A program made the translations under genes and the position numbers. Below, piece by piece: positions 11,100-20,763 of a DNA stretch of 64,000 nt. The stretch's first letter is position 1; each line of letters opens with the position of its first letter. This DNA comes from a virus, in IMG/VR virus record IMGVR_UViG_3300042731_007874; one strand, given 5' to 3'. Under the pieces are notes generated by a model. The model was not told the DNA's origin. It did not search any database and was given only the letters and a program-made list of their open reading frames with translations.

Positions 11100-11110
11100 T
11101 TCATTACCTT

Positions 11111-12040
11111 TTAAAAGTCAGTTGTTTTTGCTAGCTGCATCCCTTTTGCGGTTAATTCTTCAATAAAATCTTCTCCAAGACTTTCATAACCAGCAACAGA
11201 AGAGCTTGCATCTGTGAGTAGGACTATTTTCTTGATATGATCCTTCGTAAATTCATTAGAAAGATCTCGAACAGTGTTTGCTAAACAATGACTAAGAGCT
11301 TCTCCTGCCAATAAAATTAAATCTGCTTCTTTTAAAGCTCGGATTAGTCTTGTATTTAGTTGAGTTGTAGGATCAGATAGATCTTCTACTTCTGCCTTTA
11401 TGGCACTATAGTGTTCAACAAAAGGATTTAATCCTTTATTAATAAAGTTTATGTTATTCTTTGTTTTTAAGATCCATTCATTTAAAGATTCGTTTATGCA
11501 ATCTGTGATTGTTGCTCCAGAAGTTCCATGAAGGCAATGTTCTGGCCAGATACAAAGAGGGTATCTACCTTTTCTTTCTAGTTCTTTTGCATACTGAAGC
11601 ATTATTGATCGTAAAGAGGATATTGTAGGAGTCCAAATTCCTTCTTCTATGTTTGAAGAAGTAATAATAGTAGAAGGATCTGGATTTTTTCCTTCAGAAT
11701 TTTTCCACCAGATAGGATGACTTATATCCATTTTATGGTGTTGGTCTAGAGTAACAGAGATATCTGAAAGATCTTTTCCCATTCTTTTAATCATTTCAGA
11801 AAGTCTTTTCATATCTTCATCCGCGCCGCCAACATAAAGACTTCCGGTTGGATCACAAAAATCTCTTTGTGGATCAATTAATAATAGATGAATCTTTTCC
11901 ATTGTTTTTTCTTTGTTTTTGTTTTTGTTGTCTGGATCTTCAGAACAATATGAACACTCATGAGCCCAACCACATCTTCCACCATTTGAAAGCCAAGTAG
12001 ATGACTTAGGACATGATTCTAAATTATATTTATAGGGCAT
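11111..12040 (-). CDS. pncA: Nicotinamidase (isochorismatase/cysteine hydrolase family); real start may be MEKIHLL at 11902
   Basis: LLIDPQRDFC, WPEHC..G, KG, AGEALSHC; adjacent to pncB. Confidence 0.85.
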   Translation of the reverse strand: MPYKYNLESCPKSSTWLSNGGRCGWAHECSYCSEDPDNKNKNKEKTMEKIHLLLIDPQRDFCDPTGSLYVGGADEDMKRLSEMIKRMGKDLSDISVTLDQHHKMDISHPIWWKNSEGKNPDPSTIITSSNIEEGIWTPTISSLRSIMLQYAKELERKGRYPLCIWPEHCLHGTSGATITDCINESLNEWILKTKNNINFINKGLNPFVEHYSAIKAEVEDLSDPTTQLNTRLIRALKEADLILLAGEALSHCLANTVRDLSNEFTKDHIKKIVLLTDASSSVAGYESLGEDFIEELTAKGMQLAKTTDF

Positions 12041-12041
12041 C

Positions 12042-12458
12042 TTAATTTTTTACTATTTCAACAAATTCTAATCTAGTACAAACTAGTTCTTCAGAACTAA
12101 ACTGATGATAGAGCTTATTCTCAACAGCAACAATATCTTCATCAGAAACCTTGAATTTTGCAATTTCTTCACCTCTCATATAATCTGTAAAAATTTTGGC
12201 AACTCTAAAAGAAGTAAAAACATGAAGTCCCTTCCATTTTAGTTCTTCTTTAGTGGGTTTAGAAGATCTATTGACTTTAAATATTTTCTGTTTATTAAAG
12301 TCCCAAATAAAGTTTGGGAAATGAATAGATCTATAAAAACTTTCGTCTTGTTTTTTCCCTAAGACTTTATAAACGTATGCGAATTTAGTTCTTCGCCCGA
12401 ACCATTTTTTGAGATCTTTGTTGTTTTCTTTTTGATCTTGTTTGATATATAAACACAT
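12042..12458 (-). CDS. MCL-family paralog 4 (subfamily A)
   Basis: KWFGRRTKFAYVYK, YRS, GLHVFT, EELVC. Confidence 0.9.
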   Translation of the reverse strand: MCLYIKQDQKENNKDLKKWFGRRTKFAYVYKVLGKKQDESFYRSIHFPNFIWDFNKQKIFKVNRSSKPTKEELKWKGLHVFTSFRVAKIFTDYMRGEEIAKFKVSDEDIVAVENKLYHQFSSEELVCTRLEFVEIVKN

Positions 12459-12692
12459 ATTTTTTAACTTTCTAGATTTTTTCTTGGGATACTAATGTTG
12501 AGGATCACAAATATAGACTCTTTGTGTATTATTTTTAAAATTAAATTCTATTAGTTTAGTTTTACAATTAGGACAGAACTTTTTCTCTTTTGAAGCTTCT
12601 TCTTGAAGTTCTTCTTCTTCATAATTACACTTTGGACATCTATAATTTATGATCCTTAACATTAGATCCTCTCAGAATGCTCAGAATGCGTT

Positions 12693-13688
12693 TTAACCCC
12701 TCTTGTTCCTCTGCCGGGTGATAGCAGCCTTAACTCCTGCAATTGCCATAGGACGAACCCTGAAGGCTCTGGCAAGGTCATCTGTTCCATAGCCCAGACG
12801 AACAAGATCGGCGATCATATCTTGGGTCGCCAAAGGAAGTACTCGGACAGTTGTTGCTTGGTTAGTTGTCTTCATTTCATTCTCTCCTTTTGTTAGGACC
12901 ATTTGCCATGTTAGCATTGGTCTTGTATCTCTATAAGTTATAATGTCTTCTTTTTCAAGCTTAATATTATTTTCCAAAACCGACCTTTTTATTTCATCTA
13001 TTCTCCTTTCTGTTTCTTCTTTGTTATGATTAACTACTAAAGAATTGGTCGTACGAACCCAAACTTTCTTAAATCTAGTATTTTTTAATAAAGCATTTAT
13101 GCTTTTTATAGTTATCTTTTGTATTTCATTATCTAATGATTTACAAAAATCTAAATCTAATCCAACTGTATAATGTAAAACATTCTTAAATCTTGGCAAA
13201 TATTTAATATCTCCATACTTTACGGAAATATTATTTTCTATAAGAAGTGTTGTATGAAAACCAAATAAATGTTGCCAGTCAAAGGAATGTTTATATCTTT
13301 GGTAAGTTGGTTCTGAGATATTTATTTCTTTTAAGACTTCTTCTAATGATTTGTCTATTTGACTAATAATATATTTATACAAGACTAGTATTTCAGCTGG
13401 ATTGTAAGAATTAATATTCCTATTATTTTTTCGCATAGAGGTTACTGCTTCAGTAGGGATATTATATCTTACATTACTTCCAAGTTTATGTGCGGCGACA
13501 TTAAAAGTAAATGGATCTTCCTCGAACAAAAGATATTCTGATCCTATTTCTTTTCCTTTATATTGTTCTACTGCTTTTATGGGATTTGGTCCTGAAAGGC
13601 CAACTACAAAACCTTCTGTTTTAAATAATCTATTTGCTAGGTAGGTTTGAGCCCTTCTCTTCTTTGGTCGGAGTCTTTCGACAAACAT
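12693..13688 (-). CDS. Hypothetical protein, possibly with a methyltransferase-like core
   Basis: 331-aa ORF; YGDI...GLDLDFC segment only weakly suggestive. Confidence 0.35.
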   Translation of the reverse strand: MFVERLRPKKRRAQTYLANRLFKTEGFVVGLSGPNPIKAVEQYKGKEIGSEYLLFEEDPFTFNVAAHKLGSNVRYNIPTEAVTSMRKNNRNINSYNPAEILVLYKYIISQIDKSLEEVLKEINISEPTYQRYKHSFDWQHLFGFHTTLLIENNISVKYGDIKYLPRFKNVLHYTVGLDLDFCKSLDNEIQKITIKSINALLKNTRFKKVWVRTTNSLVVNHNKEETERRIDEIKRSVLENNIKLEKEDIITYRDTRPMLTWQMVLTKGENEMKTTNQATTVRVLPLATQDMIADLVRLGYGTDDLARAFRVRPMAIAGVKAAITRQRNKRG

Positions 13689-13763
13689 TTTTTCTTTCTT
13701 TCTTTAGATTCAATGTTTTATATAATAAAAAACTTACAATAAGAATAAAAATTAAGCCTATTG

Positions 13764-14189
13764 TCACTCTTCTATAACCTTAATAAATTCTAGTCTTTTA
13801 CAAACTAGTTCTGTGAAATTATTACTTTTCCAGTAACATCCATTTTGGACTGCAATTATATCTTCTTTTAAGACCCGAAATTTTACAACTACTCGATTAG
13901 TACAATAGTAGCGTTGAGCTATTTCTAGATTAGTATAGACATGAAGACCTTGATTTATTTCTCTAAATGTCAGTTCAAAATGAGTGGGTTCAGAGAGCCG
14001 ATTCACTTGATAAATTTTTTGTTTAGAGAAGTTCCAAATAAAATCATGAAAATTTTCAGATCTATAGAAGTTTTCATCGTCATATTTACGTAAGATTTTA
14101 TAAACATAAGCGAATTTTCGTCTTCGTCCAAGCCATCTCTTTAGATCTTTTTCGTTTTCTTCTTGATTATATGAAATTATCAAACACAT
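13764..14189 (-). CDS. MCL-family paralog 5 (subfamily A)
   Basis: RWLGRRRKFAYVYK, YRS, GLHVYT, TELVC. Confidence 0.9.
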   Translation of the reverse strand: MCLIISYNQEENEKDLKRWLGRRRKFAYVYKILRKYDDENFYRSENFHDFIWNFSKQKIYQVNRLSEPTHFELTFREINQGLHVYTNLEIAQRYYCTNRVVVKFRVLKEDIIAVQNGCYWKSNNFTELVCKRLEFIKVIEE

Positions 14190-14205
14190 TTCTTTTTCCT
14201 TTAAT

Positions 14206-14727
14206 TTATATTAGAAAAACTCCTAATAGCATTCCGATTCCAGCTCCGGCTAAAACTCCTCCACTAGTAAAAAGAATCAATTTAATCTTTTTTCGTCTTT
14301 CTTCTTTGCTTTTTTCTTCTAGTTCTTCTTTGTATAGATCATAAATTTCTTTTCTATCTTCTTGTACTTTATTTAGAATAATCTTACAGCTAGTATTAGA
14401 AAGCCTAAATACACTAATTTCTCTATTTAAAATTTCAACTTCTGATTTATAATTTGTAATTAGATTATTAAACTCTTCTTTTTGCTCTAAGAGATTTATA
14501 TATTGCTGATAAATTTTTGCAATATTAACAGCACCTTGAGGAGAAAAGGCAACAATATATTCTTCTTTTAGGAACTTAGATTTCTCAATCTTATAATTCC
14601 CGCTTGGCTGAATATTTAAAATATATTGTTGAGGAAGCTCAATATTATTTTCGGCGAAGCTGGTCGAAGAGATTGTTGATATCGTTAACATTAGGATTGG
14701 TACTATCAATTTTTTCAAAGAGTTCAT
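14206..14727 (-). CDS. Secreted/membrane coiled-coil protein (possible spanin-like partner)
   Basis: N-terminal signal-like segment and C-terminal TM; overlaps the end of 14645..15028. Confidence 0.4.
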   Translation of the reverse strand: MNSLKKLIVPILMLTISTISSTSFAENNIELPQQYILNIQPSGNYKIEKSKFLKEEYIVAFSPQGAVNIAKIYQQYINLLEQKEEFNNLITNYKSEVEILNREISVFRLSNTSCKIILNKVQEDRKEIYDLYKEELEEKSKEERRKKIKLILFTSGGVLAGAGIGMLLGVFLI

Positions 14728-15028
14728 TGGCTTTTTCTTCTTTCTCAGTAATTCTTTTTTCTATAGTTTTTCGTTCTCTCAGAACCTTTTCTCGTTCGTT
14801 TTCTAATTCTTCTATTTGTTTTATTCTTTCTTCTTCTGAAGAATTAAAGTCTTTAACATCTTTGTCTACTCTATTTTCATTTAGCTCAAGTAGCTTTCTA
14901 TTTAAGCTATCTCTATTTGTAAATAGAAGTAGATAAGCTACTATAATTGCTAATAAAAATGGAATAAAAGCAAGAATTTTTTGCCACCATTTGAGACTTT
15001 TAAATTTATTCCAAATGGTCTTTAACAT
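14645..15028 (-). CDS. Membrane-anchored coiled-coil protein (i-spanin-like)
   Basis: Single N-terminal TM followed by an E/K-rich coiled coil. Confidence 0.4.
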   Translation of the reverse strand: MLKTIWNKFKSLKWWQKILAFIPFLLAIIVAYLLLFTNRDSLNRKLLELNENRVDKDVKDFNSSEEERIKQIEELENEREKVLRERKTIEKRITEKEEKANELFEKIDSTNPNVNDINNLFDQLRRK

Positions 15029-15263
15029 TTCCCGAAATCCCTTTCATTAGCTCTACAAACTTATCTAATGTTCCTTGTGTAGAAACATAAGAGATACATA
15101 AGAAAGCTAGGGCAAGCATTCCCGCACTCATAAACATAACCATTGGCCATGTAAATGATTGAGTAACAAGAGCTGTGATTAAAATACCTGCAAGAACTCC
15201 AATGCTGACAAAAAATGCAGCAAATTTTTTTGAATTGAAGATTGTTTTGTTTTCTTGATTCAT
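15006..15263 (-). CDS. Small 2-TM membrane protein (holin-like)
   Basis: 85 aa, two hydrophobic segments, directly upstream of the spanin-like pair. Confidence 0.4.
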   Translation of the reverse strand: MNQENKTIFNSKKFAAFFVSIGVLAGILITALVTQSFTWPMVMFMSAGMLALAFLCISYVSTQGTLDKFVELMKGISGNVKDHLE

Positions 15264-15325
15264 TTGACCTCCTTATAAATCTAATATTAATATTATCAGT
15301 TTTATAAAGAAAGTATACTCTTTAT

Positions 15326-15730
15326 TTAAATTACAAAAACTTTAACAAATTCCAATTTAGTACAAACAGCTTGTTTAGAATTGTTGTCTATTGCAACAAT
15401 GTTTTCTTTAAGTACTTTAAGTTTTATAATTATCTCATCAGGATATTTATTTTTCTTCGCTTCTCTGGGAGAAATATAGACATGAAGCCCTTTATCGATT
15501 GCCCCATAATCTAATTCGTCTTTAGTTGGTTTTAAAGGTCTATCTACTTGAAATACTTTTTGTTCCTTAAAATTCCAAATGAATTCAGAATGATATGGGG
15601 ATCTCCAATAATTCTCATTTGGTCGGTTATAAAGAAGTTTATAAACATAAGCAGATTTTTTACGAGATTCGAACCATTTCTTAAGATCTCTTTCGTTTTG
15701 TTCTTGATCTGAGCTAATTAATAAACACAT
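15326..15730 (-). CDS. MCL-family paralog 6 (subfamily A)
   Basis: KWFESRKKSAYVYK, WRS, GLHVY, KQAVC. Confidence 0.9.
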   Translation of the reverse strand: MCLLISSDQEQNERDLKKWFESRKKSAYVYKLLYNRPNENYWRSPYHSEFIWNFKEQKVFQVDRPLKPTKDELDYGAIDKGLHVYISPREAKKNKYPDEIIIKLKVLKENIVAIDNNSKQAVCTKLEFVKVFVI

Positions 15731-15748
15731 TTTCTTTCCTTATTCTTC

Positions 15749-16288
15749 TTATTTATATTTTACTGAGTGGATATAGATCTTTCCTCCACATTGAGTACAA
15801 TATTTAATAGCTGATTTTATTGCCATTGTAATTGCCTGACGTCCTTCGGTTTTTTCTTTAGCTAAAACAAAAAGTGCTCCTAGAGCAACTTCACCGCCTT
15901 GTCCCGCTGTACTAAAATTATCTTTACAGTTAATTAAGTATAGAGAATCTGATATTTCAAATATACCAAGAGGACAAATTAATAAAAGAGTAAAAGATTC
16001 TTGTCCTTCACTTATTCCATATGAAACATTTCTCTCTTCTAGTTCTAATTGAAGTAAATCTCTAATATCTTTTAGATCTTCAGTAGATATTATCTTTTTT
16101 GGTAGAAGATCTAGTTCTTCCAATATATTGCCAATTCTATATGAACCTGCATATCCAATTGTATAATTACTCTTCTTTATTAGTTTAGAACCGTAGTCTT
16201 GTTTAGTGGAAAAGTTTGTTCCAACAGAATCAGAACCTATCCAATAGGTTTTTGTTTTTAGGTCTTTATATGTGGCAATTATTGTCAT
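15749..16288 (-). CDS. Proteasome/HslV-like Ntn-hydrolase protease subunit
   Basis: Thr2 nucleophile (MTIIA), GSDS, K, GYAG, AGQGG..ALGAL. Confidence 0.75.
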   Translation of the reverse strand: MTIIATYKDLKTKTYWIGSDSVGTNFSTKQDYGSKLIKKSNYTIGYAGSYRIGNILEELDLLPKKIISTEDLKDIRDLLQLELEERNVSYGISEGQESFTLLLICPLGIFEISDSLYLINCKDNFSTAGQGGEVALGALFVLAKEKTEGRQAITMAIKSAIKYCTQCGGKIYIHSVKYK

Positions 16289-16289
16289 A

Positions 16290-16715
16290 TTAATTTTCTA
16301 GAACTTTAACAAATTCCAATTTAGTACATACCAGTTCATTGAGTTTATATTTGTCATAAATACAATGGTTCTGAATAGCAACGATATCTTCTCTCTTTAC
16401 GCGAAATTTTACAACTACCTCGTCAGGATCTGGATAAACTTTTAGGGTTTCTAGATCAGTATAAACATGAAGTCCAAAGTTTATGTATCTTCTTTTTAGC
16501 TCGTTTTCAGTAGGTTTAAGATCTCTAACTACTTCATATACTTTTTGTTTCTTGAAATTCCAGATAAAGTGTTGATAATGTTTAGATCTATAAAAGTCTT
16601 CATCTGGATACTTTTTTAAAATCTTGTAAACATAGGCAAACTTTTTACGAGATCCAAACCACTTATTTAAGTCTTTTTCATTTTTTTCTTGATCTGATTC
16701 AATCCATAAACACAT
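16290..16715 (-). CDS. MCL-family paralog 7 (subfamily A)
   Basis: KWFGSRKKFAYVYK, YRS, GLHVYT, NELVC. Confidence 0.9.
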   Translation of the reverse strand: MCLWIESDQEKNEKDLNKWFGSRKKFAYVYKILKKYPDEDFYRSKHYQHFIWNFKKQKVYEVVRDLKPTENELKRRYINFGLHVYTDLETLKVYPDPDEVVVKFRVKREDIVAIQNHCIYDKYKLNELVCTKLEFVKVLEN

Positions 16716-16716
16716 T

Positions 16717-17271
16717 TCAGTTTCCTGCTTTTATGATAATATCTCTTTGGTTTCTTATTTCTGCACCAAGAGCGTAACTAATAAGCTCTAGATGTTTCCT
16801 AACTTCTGTTAGACTTTCACAAGTTTTACTCCAGAAATCCTTCGTAACTTTTTGAGTATTAATAGCCTGTTCTAGTTCTTTTACTACCAACAAAGCTGCA
16901 TTTTTACAGCTTTCAGCCGCTAATGGCTTATTATATTTTGCTTCACTTTCTCTTCTTGTTTCATTATAAGCAGTATGGTATTTATCCTGTCTTGATTGTT
17001 CTAGAATTGCAAGAGTTGTTGTTTCTCTTTCTCTAAGATCAGAGGCTTCTTGATATTTATTGGCGGCTTTGGCAGAAAGCTCAACTAACTGCTGTAATGA
17101 GATATGTTCAGGAATTTCAATTTTAAAAAATTTCTTCCATTCCTCTATTGTCTTTATTTGACTGTCCGGCCCCAAGATCCCAAATTGTGTATTTAAATAT
17201 TCTTTTACTGTTTTAATAAACTCTAGTGTTTCTTTTACTGAACCTTTAATTTTTTCAATATCTTCTATCAT
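16717..17271 (-). CDS. Helical coiled-coil hypothetical protein
   Basis: 184-aa ORF, heptad-like composition. Confidence 0.45.
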   Translation of the reverse strand: MIEDIEKIKGSVKETLEFIKTVKEYLNTQFGILGPDSQIKTIEEWKKFFKIEIPEHISLQQLVELSAKAANKYQEASDLRERETTTLAILEQSRQDKYHTAYNETRRESEAKYNKPLAAESCKNAALLVVKELEQAINTQKVTKDFWSKTCESLTEVRKHLELISYALGAEIRNQRDIIIKAGN

Positions 17272-17535
17272 TGAAGCTCCTTAACAACTAGTTAAAGCGA
17301 TAATTATAATAGAAATTACACAAAAAGTAATTATAATCATTAAACCATAAGACATTTTAATTCCTTTATAAAACTTTGATAAATTCTAGTATATCTTTTA
17401 CTGAGTTTTTGATTTTGTTAAGATCTTCTTCCATTAAGGCTTATCCTTTTCTTCTCTTGAAGTTAGTAAAATAATTGTTAGAATTATAGAAAAAGTTGCG
17501 ACAAGTGTTCCTAATGCCAAAAACATTTTAACTCC

Positions 17536-17937
17536 TTATAAAACTCTAACAAACCCTAATCTCTTACAAACAGCTTCTCTTATATAAGACTCAACAGCAA
17601 TAATATCTTCTTTATTAACTCTAAATTTTACAATTACTTCGTCGAGAAAAGAACGGTAAGATTCAGCTTTTTCTAGACTTGTAAACACATGAAGACCTTT
17701 ATTTATTTTTGCAAAATATAGTTCTTTTTCAGTGGGTTTAGAAGATCTATCGACTTCAAATATTTTCTGTTTTCTAAAATCCCATTTAAAATTCTGATAA
17801 AGAGTAGATCTATAAAAGTCTTCATTTGACCGTTTTTGCAAAACCTTATAAACATAGGCGAATTTTTGTCTTCGTCCAAACCATCTCTTTAAAATTTTTT
17901 CATTCTTTTTTTGATCTAGGCAAATATGTAAACACAT
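17536..17937 (-). CDS. MCL-family paralog 8 (subfamily A)
   Basis: RWFGRRQKFAYVYK, YRS, GLHVFT, REAVC. Confidence 0.9.
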   Translation of the reverse strand: MCLHICLDQKKNEKILKRWFGRRQKFAYVYKVLQKRSNEDFYRSTLYQNFKWDFRKQKIFEVDRSSKPTEKELYFAKINKGLHVFTSLEKAESYRSFLDEVIVKFRVNKEDIIAVESYIREAVCKRLGFVRVL

Positions 17938-18266
17938 TTTATCTTCCTTATAGGCTATCTAGCCAATTAACTCCTCCATAAAAAATCGCATCATATTTCG
18001 GCTTGATCTTAATAAATTTCTTTCTCTTCTGTTCTTTTATTTTCTTAAATCTTTCTTGTACTTTTATCTTTAGTTTTAACAGCCTAATTTCTTTCTCTAT
18101 ATCTCTATTGATTTTTTGCAGTCCAAAATACTCAAGTGACTTTTCTAATCCATTAGGAGAAAGCTGCATATAGTGTAAACTTGTCTTAAAATCCCAGCAT
18201 CTACAAGGAAGTCCATTTTTGGTACCACATGCTGGACATTGAAATTTATTATTCATTTATTTCTCC

Positions 18267-18581
18267 TTAATAAAGAGACACTATTTTAATATTAAGTTTT
18301 TCTGCTATTTTTTTACAAGCAGGACATGGATTTATAGGAGATATTTTTCCCCTCTTAGAAGTTCTACATATCAGTATAGTTTTTATTCCTTTTTGCTTCG
18401 CTAGTTTAAATAACTGCATCTCGGCGTGGATCCCACCGCCTTTATGACGAAATCTTGGAATATTCATTGCTCGCGCCACGATTTGACCATCTTTATTTAA
18501 ACCAATTGCAGAAACTCTAAATTTACAAATAGACTGTAAACATTTCTGTTTTCCTATCTCTGTTAGTTCTTTTATTGTCAT
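18267..18581 (-). CDS. Zn-dependent cytidine-deaminase-like protein
   Basis: IHAEMQ and PCPAC motifs. Confidence 0.8.
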   Translation of the reverse strand: MTIKELTEIGKQKCLQSICKFRVSAIGLNKDGQIVARAMNIPRFRHKGGGIHAEMQLFKLAKQKGIKTILICRTSKRGKISPINPCPACKKIAEKLNIKIVSLY

Positions 18582-19006
18582 TACTCGATTACCTTAACAA
18601 ATTCTAGCTTGGTACAAATTAATTCAAGAAAACTATAATTAGGAATAGATCTATTTTCAATAGCAACAATATTTTCTTTATTAACGCGAAATTTTACAAC
18701 TACTTCATCACAATAAATTTTTTCTTTCTTGGCTGTTTCAAGATTAACATAGACGTGAAAACCTTTATGGACTCTTGCTGTTTCTAGTTCCCATTCAGTA
18801 GGCTTATTAGATCTATCTTCTTGATATGTTTTAGTTTTATTAAAATCCCATATGAATTCAAAAACAGGAGATCTAAAAAGCCCCTTCTTATGAGTAGGCC
18901 ATTTACGCAACCTTTTATAAACATATGCGAATTTAGTCCGAGACCCGAACCACCTGTTTAGATCTTTTTCATTTTTTTCTTGATCTCGTTGAATTAATAG
19001 ACACAT
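18581..19006 (-). CDS. MCL-family paralog 9 (subfamily A)
   Basis: RWFGSRTKFAYVYK, FRS, GFHVY, LELIC. Confidence 0.9.
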   Translation of the reverse strand: MCLLIQRDQEKNEKDLNRWFGSRTKFAYVYKRLRKWPTHKKGLFRSPVFEFIWDFNKTKTYQEDRSNKPTEWELETARVHKGFHVYVNLETAKKEKIYCDEVVVKFRVNKENIVAIENRSIPNYSFLELICTKLEFVKVIE

Positions 19007-19021
19007 TTTAGTTTCCTATTT

Positions 19022-20299
19022 TTATGAAATCTCTTCTAGATCCACATATTGATCATCATTTTTTCTGATATTTTCTAATTCGCAGAATTCATCACTTTTC
19101 CACTTAAAGAAGTCTATTAAGAGAGGATGTTCTACTCGAACAACAACTCCTTCAATTGGATGTGTCTTTTCTATTGGATCGGCTCCTGCTGCATATAATC
19201 TACACTTTTCTACAAGATCTATCTTATTTTGCAGAACAAAAGTTTCTAAATGAGGAACAGTTTTAAATCCTAGTTGTCCAGCTCTTCTTACCATTTGTGG
19301 CCAGGACAAATCTATTTCATATCCATCAAGACTAGTATAAGTTATTCGATAGATATAAATATCATATTTCTGTCCTAAATCTCCTCCTTTGTCAGTAGAA
19401 CATCCATATGAGAAAACAATATTTTTTCCATATTGTTTAGTTAAATCTTTATTTTCTGTATTATAGACCCCCATTAAGGGAATATCATTATCTTGATATC
19501 CAACAATCTCATAATATAGGGTTTCTCCTTTATGGAGACCAACTGATTTAATCTTTCGGTGAATGATATCTCTAAAATCTGTTTTTTTGTAATAACTGTC
19601 TTCTATCTTATTAACAAAGGTAACTCTTCTAGAACCGGAAACATATTTCCATTCGGGTTTTTTGAACTTATTAACTAAGTTCCAGAACCAATTTTTTCCT
19701 CTGACAGAAGATAGATGACGACCAGTACGGCCGCTAGTTCCATGAAGCTTTGTAGTTATTATGATAATTGCATCTTCTGGAATTCTTTTAATATTTGTTC
19801 TTAGCTGACTTGTATCAAAGTGTTGCTTAAAGCCAGGGAAATCAATTGAAATCTTAGCTTTTTTCTTCTGCTTTTTATTTCCCATTTGTCGACGGGTAGC
19901 TGGAGTGTAATACTTCTCGCATAACAGATGTCCATTAATATGAGTTATTTCGTCTCCATTTTTAAGTTTATTTGGGCCGCACCAGGCAAAAGATTCTATT
20001 GGTTGCCAAAATCCGTTAGAATATTCTCCTCTTAGTTTAATGGTCTCTACTTTTCTGTTAGGCCGAAAAAATCCTCCCATTGGTTCATTTGTTGAAGGAT
20101 CTTTTCTATAAAGCCGGGTACTCATACAATGTTCATGGCTTAATTGTCCATCAGTAGGAAAGTAAATTCCTAAATCCCCTTCTTGAAATTCTTTGCTAAT
20201 GATAATTTGGTAATTAGCGACCTGGGCTAAATTCAGTTTATCAGCATTTGGATGAGACCGGACATTCTTTAGTTTACATACAACTGCTTTATATGCCAT
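19022..20299 (-). CDS. RNA ligase (Rnl2/DRB0094-like) with N-terminal OB fold
   Basis: HPNADKL, KLRGEYSNG, KLHGTS (motif I), YYEIVG, EGVVVR, KWKS. Confidence 0.88.
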   Translation of the reverse strand: MAYKAVVCKLKNVRSHPNADKLNLAQVANYQIIISKEFQEGDLGIYFPTDGQLSHEHCMSTRLYRKDPSTNEPMGGFFRPNRKVETIKLRGEYSNGFWQPIESFAWCGPNKLKNGDEITHINGHLLCEKYYTPATRRQMGNKKQKKKAKISIDFPGFKQHFDTSQLRTNIKRIPEDAIIIITTKLHGTSGRTGRHLSSVRGKNWFWNLVNKFKKPEWKYVSGSRRVTFVNKIEDSYYKKTDFRDIIHRKIKSVGLHKGETLYYEIVGYQDNDIPLMGVYNTENKDLTKQYGKNIVFSYGCSTDKGGDLGQKYDIYIYRITYTSLDGYEIDLSWPQMVRRAGQLGFKTVPHLETFVLQNKIDLVEKCRLYAAGADPIEKTHPIEGVVVRVEHPLLIDFFKWKSDEFCELENIRKNDDQYVDLEEIS

Positions 20300-20316
20300 T
20301 TTCTAATCCTTTTCAG

Positions 20317-20763
20317 TTATAAAATCTCAACAAATTCTAATTTTCTACAAACTAATCTTTGAAAGTTAGGGGTTGGTTTTCTAAGATCTAGACAATTTAT
20401 TGGATTGTCTGCTCTATTTTCGACAGCAATAATGTCTTGTTTTTTTACTTTAAACTTTACAATACTCATACTAGAATAGTATTGACGTTCTCTAGCTATT
20501 TTAAGATTTGTATAAGTATGAAAGCCAAGATAAACTTCACCCTCTTCTAGATCTCTTTTAGTGGGTTTAGAGTTTACGTTTACACAAAATATTCTCTCTT
20601 TAGAAAAATTCCAAGTAAAGTGGCTATAAACCAAAGATCTATAGAAGTCTTCGTTTGGCCGCTTTTCTAAAATTTTATAAACAAAGATTTTTTCTTGATC
20701 ACCAAGAAACTCTTGAAGATCTCTTTTATTTTCTTTTTGGTCTCTTTTAATATACAAACACAT
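20317..20763 (-). CDS. MCL-family paralog 10 (subfamily B); start corrected to MCLYIK
   Basis: EFLGDQEKIFVYK, YRS, GFHTY, QRLVC. Confidence 0.9.
   Translation of the reverse strand: MCLYIKRDQKENKRDLQEFLGDQEKIFVYKILEKRPNEDFYRSLVYSHFTWNFSKERIFCVNVNSKPTKRDLEEGEVYLGFHTYTNLKIARERQYYSSMSIVKFKVKKQDIIAVENRADNPINCLDLRKPTPNFQRLVCRKLEFVEIL

Noticed and set aside
16717-17271. UvsY-like recombination mediator
   Set aside because: The resemblance is only in helical composition; no diagnostic motif supports the name.
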